Assembly (NCBI GenBank): GCA_002878375.1
Contig: NIRF01000001.1
Location: 235,931-299,930 of the forward strand
From: Dictyoglomus sp. NZ13-RE01
GTDB taxonomy: Bacteria; Dictyoglomota; Dictyoglomia; Dictyoglomales; Dictyoglomaceae
DNA length: 64,000 bases
Direction: 5' to 3'
Every line of letters begins with the position of its first letter. The stretch's first letter is position 1. Shown one piece after another: positions 62,286 to 64,000 of the stretch. A model generated the notes under the pieces. The model saw nothing but the letters and a program-made list of their open reading frames with translations, was not told the DNA's origin and ran no database searches. Both the position numbers and the translations under genes were made by a program.

Positions 62286-63469
62286 AGGTTTTAATGCTTA
62301 GCTGGGAATATCCTCCAAGAATCGTTGGAGGCTTAAGCAGGCATGTTTATGGCTTGAGCAATGCTTTAGCTTCTCTTGGCATTGATGTAAAAGTTATAAC
62401 ATGTTGTTCAGACATTGCTCCTGATGAGAAAAATAAAAACCTTGAGGTATATAGAGTGCCATCAAAGATTATAGATACACCTGATTTTTTAAGCTGGATA
62501 TATTTCTTGAATTTAAATTTTATTAGAAAGTCAATAGAGATATATGAAAGAGATAATTTTGATATTATCCATGCTCATGATTGGCTAAGTGCTTTTGCAG
62601 GATACACCTTAAAGCATAGTCTAAAAAAACCTTTAGTTTCAACAATCCATGCTACAGAGTATGGAAGGAATCAAGGTATATATACAAGAGAGCAAAAATT
62701 TATTCATGATATTGAATGGTGGCTAACTTATGAATCATGGAGAGTCATAGTATGTAGTAATTCAATGAAGGAAGAAGTTAAGAATCTTTTTAGTCTTCCT
62801 GAAGACAAGATAGATATTATACCTAACGGAATAGACATAAAAGATTTGGATTCTGGAGATATTAATTTAGAAGAAATTAGAAAAAAGTATGCTCCTAATG
62901 ATGAAAAGATAGTACTTTTTATCGGTAGAATGTACTTTCAAAAGGGACCTGAATATTTGCTAAGATCAATTCCTATTGTTCTCTCAAAATTCCCTAAAAC
63001 AAAATTCATTTTTATTGGTACAGGAGACATGCTTGAACAATTGAAAAGAGAAGCATATGAATTGGGTGTTCAAGAGAATACAATATTTACAGGATTTATC
63101 GAAGATAATTTGAGAAATGCCATATTAAAAGTAAGCGATATATGTGTTTTTCCAAGCATTTATGAACCATTTGGTATAGTTGCCTTAGAGGCAATGGCTT
63201 TAGAGAAACCTGTTATTGCCTCAAATACAGGTGGCTTTAGTGAAATAATAGAATCTGGTAGGGATGGCATACTTTTCAAACCAAGAGATGTTAGCGAACT
63301 TTCTCAAAAGATAATTTTCCTATTAGAAAATCCAGATTATGCAAAGGAGTTAGGGAGAAATGCTAAAGAAAAGGTAGAGAAAATTTATACCTGGGATAAA
63401 ATAGCAGAAAAGACTTTAGAAGTTTATAATAGAGTTTACAAAGAGTATCAAAATTCCAATTGGAAATAA
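62282..63469 (+). CDS. GT4-family glycosyltransferase (glycogen-synthase-like N-terminus)
   Basis: MLSWEYPPRIVGGLSRHV N-terminal motif, and the C-terminal EPFGIVALEAMA (E-x7-E) motif. ATGA overlap with the NUDIX gene. Confidence 0.88.
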   Translation: MKVLMLSWEYPPRIVGGLSRHVYGLSNALASLGIDVKVITCCSDIAPDEKNKNLEVYRVPSKIIDTPDFLSWIYFLNLNFIRKSIEIYERDNFDIIHAHDWLSAFAGYTLKHSLKKPLVSTIHATEYGRNQGIYTREQKFIHDIEWWLTYESWRVIVCSNSMKEEVKNLFSLPEDKIDIIPNGIDIKDLDSGDINLEEIRKKYAPNDEKIVLFIGRMYFQKGPEYLLRSIPIVLSKFPKTKFIFIGTGDMLEQLKREAYELGVQENTIFTGFIEDNLRNAILKVSDICVFPSIYEPFGIVALEAMALEKPVIASNTGGFSEIIESGRDGILFKPRDVSELSQKIIFLLENPDYAKELGRNAKEKVEKIYTWDKIAEKTLEVYNRVYKEYQNSNWK

Positions 63470-63481
63470 GGAGGAATTATT

Positions 63482-64000
63482 ATGAGAGCTGTTATAATGG
63501 CGGGGGGAGAAGGCACAAGACTTAGACCTTTAACCATAACTCGCCCCAAACCGATGGCACACGTTGTAGGAAAGCCAATCATGGAGTATATAATTGAGCT
63601 TTTAGTTAATCAGGGATTTAGAGATATAACTGCAACATTGTATTATTTACCCGAAATTATTCAAGAGTATTTTGATGATGGCTCTTCATGGAATGTTAAA
63701 TTAGATTACTCTATCGAAGAAACTCCTTTGGGAACAGCAGGCAGTGTTAAGTATGCATTAAGAGATAAAAAAAGAGAAAGAATATTAATAATAAGCGGAG
63801 ATGCCTTAACAGATATTGATCTAAATAAAGTTTTGGAATTTCATGAAGAGAAAGGAGCCTTAGTTACTATTGTTTTAAAATCTGTTGAAAATCCATTAGA
63901 ATATGGGGTTGTTATAACTAATGAAGATGGAAGAATAATTAAGTTTCTTGAAAAACCTGGATGGGGAGAAGTTTTTAGTGATACTGTAAATACTGGAATT
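63482..64000 (+). CDS. Sugar-1-phosphate nucleotidyltransferase (mannose-1-P guanylyltransferase-like). Partial: it continues beyond the window end.
   Basis: Not in the track because there is no stop in the window. My translation: MRAVIMAGGEGTRLRPLTITRPKPMAHVVGKPIMEYIIELL...PLGTAGSVKY...ISGDALTDIDL...FLEKPGWGE. AAGGAGG upstream. Confidence 0.88.
   Translation, partial: MRAVIMAGGEGTRLRPLTITRPKPMAHVVGKPIMEYIIELLVNQGFRDITATLYYLPEIIQEYFDDGSSWNVKLDYSIEETPLGTAGSVKYALRDKKRERILIISGDALTDIDLNKVLEFHEEKGALVTIVLKSVENPLEYGVVITNEDGRIIKFLEKPGWGEVFSDTVNTGI

Overview
Visibly AT-rich, very gene-dense chromosomal segment with about 70 protein genes, many with 1-40 nt overlaps. The proteins are thermophile-like (rich in K/E/I). 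Gene content resembles Dictyoglomus/Thermotoga-like lineages, but that is inference only and no search was run. I found no rRNA, tRNA, CRISPR array, transposase or integrase. Most of the window is housekeeping. On the minus strand: rapZ-yvcK-pgk-(Roadblock)-tpiA-secG; a complete hisZGDCBHAF-IE operon; pyrR-pyrBCKDF with a recognisable PyrR attenuator; a roughly 12.5 kb co-directional block yebC-ruvCAB-queH-(lipid kinase)-(DUF2905)-(SpoIID)-queA-tgt-yajC-secDF-recJ; and gap, leuS, eno, nnr. On the plus strand: PBP1A, rsmG, fur-feoABC, polX-trmI, and a PRT-NUDIX-GT4-nucleotidyltransferase cluster. Four items stand out. (1) An hsp20-lon operon whose third gene, overlapping lon, encodes an archaeo-eukaryotic eRF1-type release-factor homolog with a GGQ-to-GGW loop and a zinc ribbon. 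The operon is preceded by a perfect TGTGA-N6-TCACA palindrome. (2) An ABC-2 exporter operon ending in a secreted M1-type zinc peptidase fused to an Omp85/BamA-like C-terminal beta-barrel. (3) A roughly 2.4 kb gene-decay patch (40.2-42.7 kb): a frameshifted alpha/beta hydrolase, a triply disrupted DUF438/hemerythrin/PAS gene, and a CopA P-type ATPase collapsed to its HMA domain plus last transmembrane helix. (4) An orphan Roadblock/LC7 gene inserted between pgk and tpiA.
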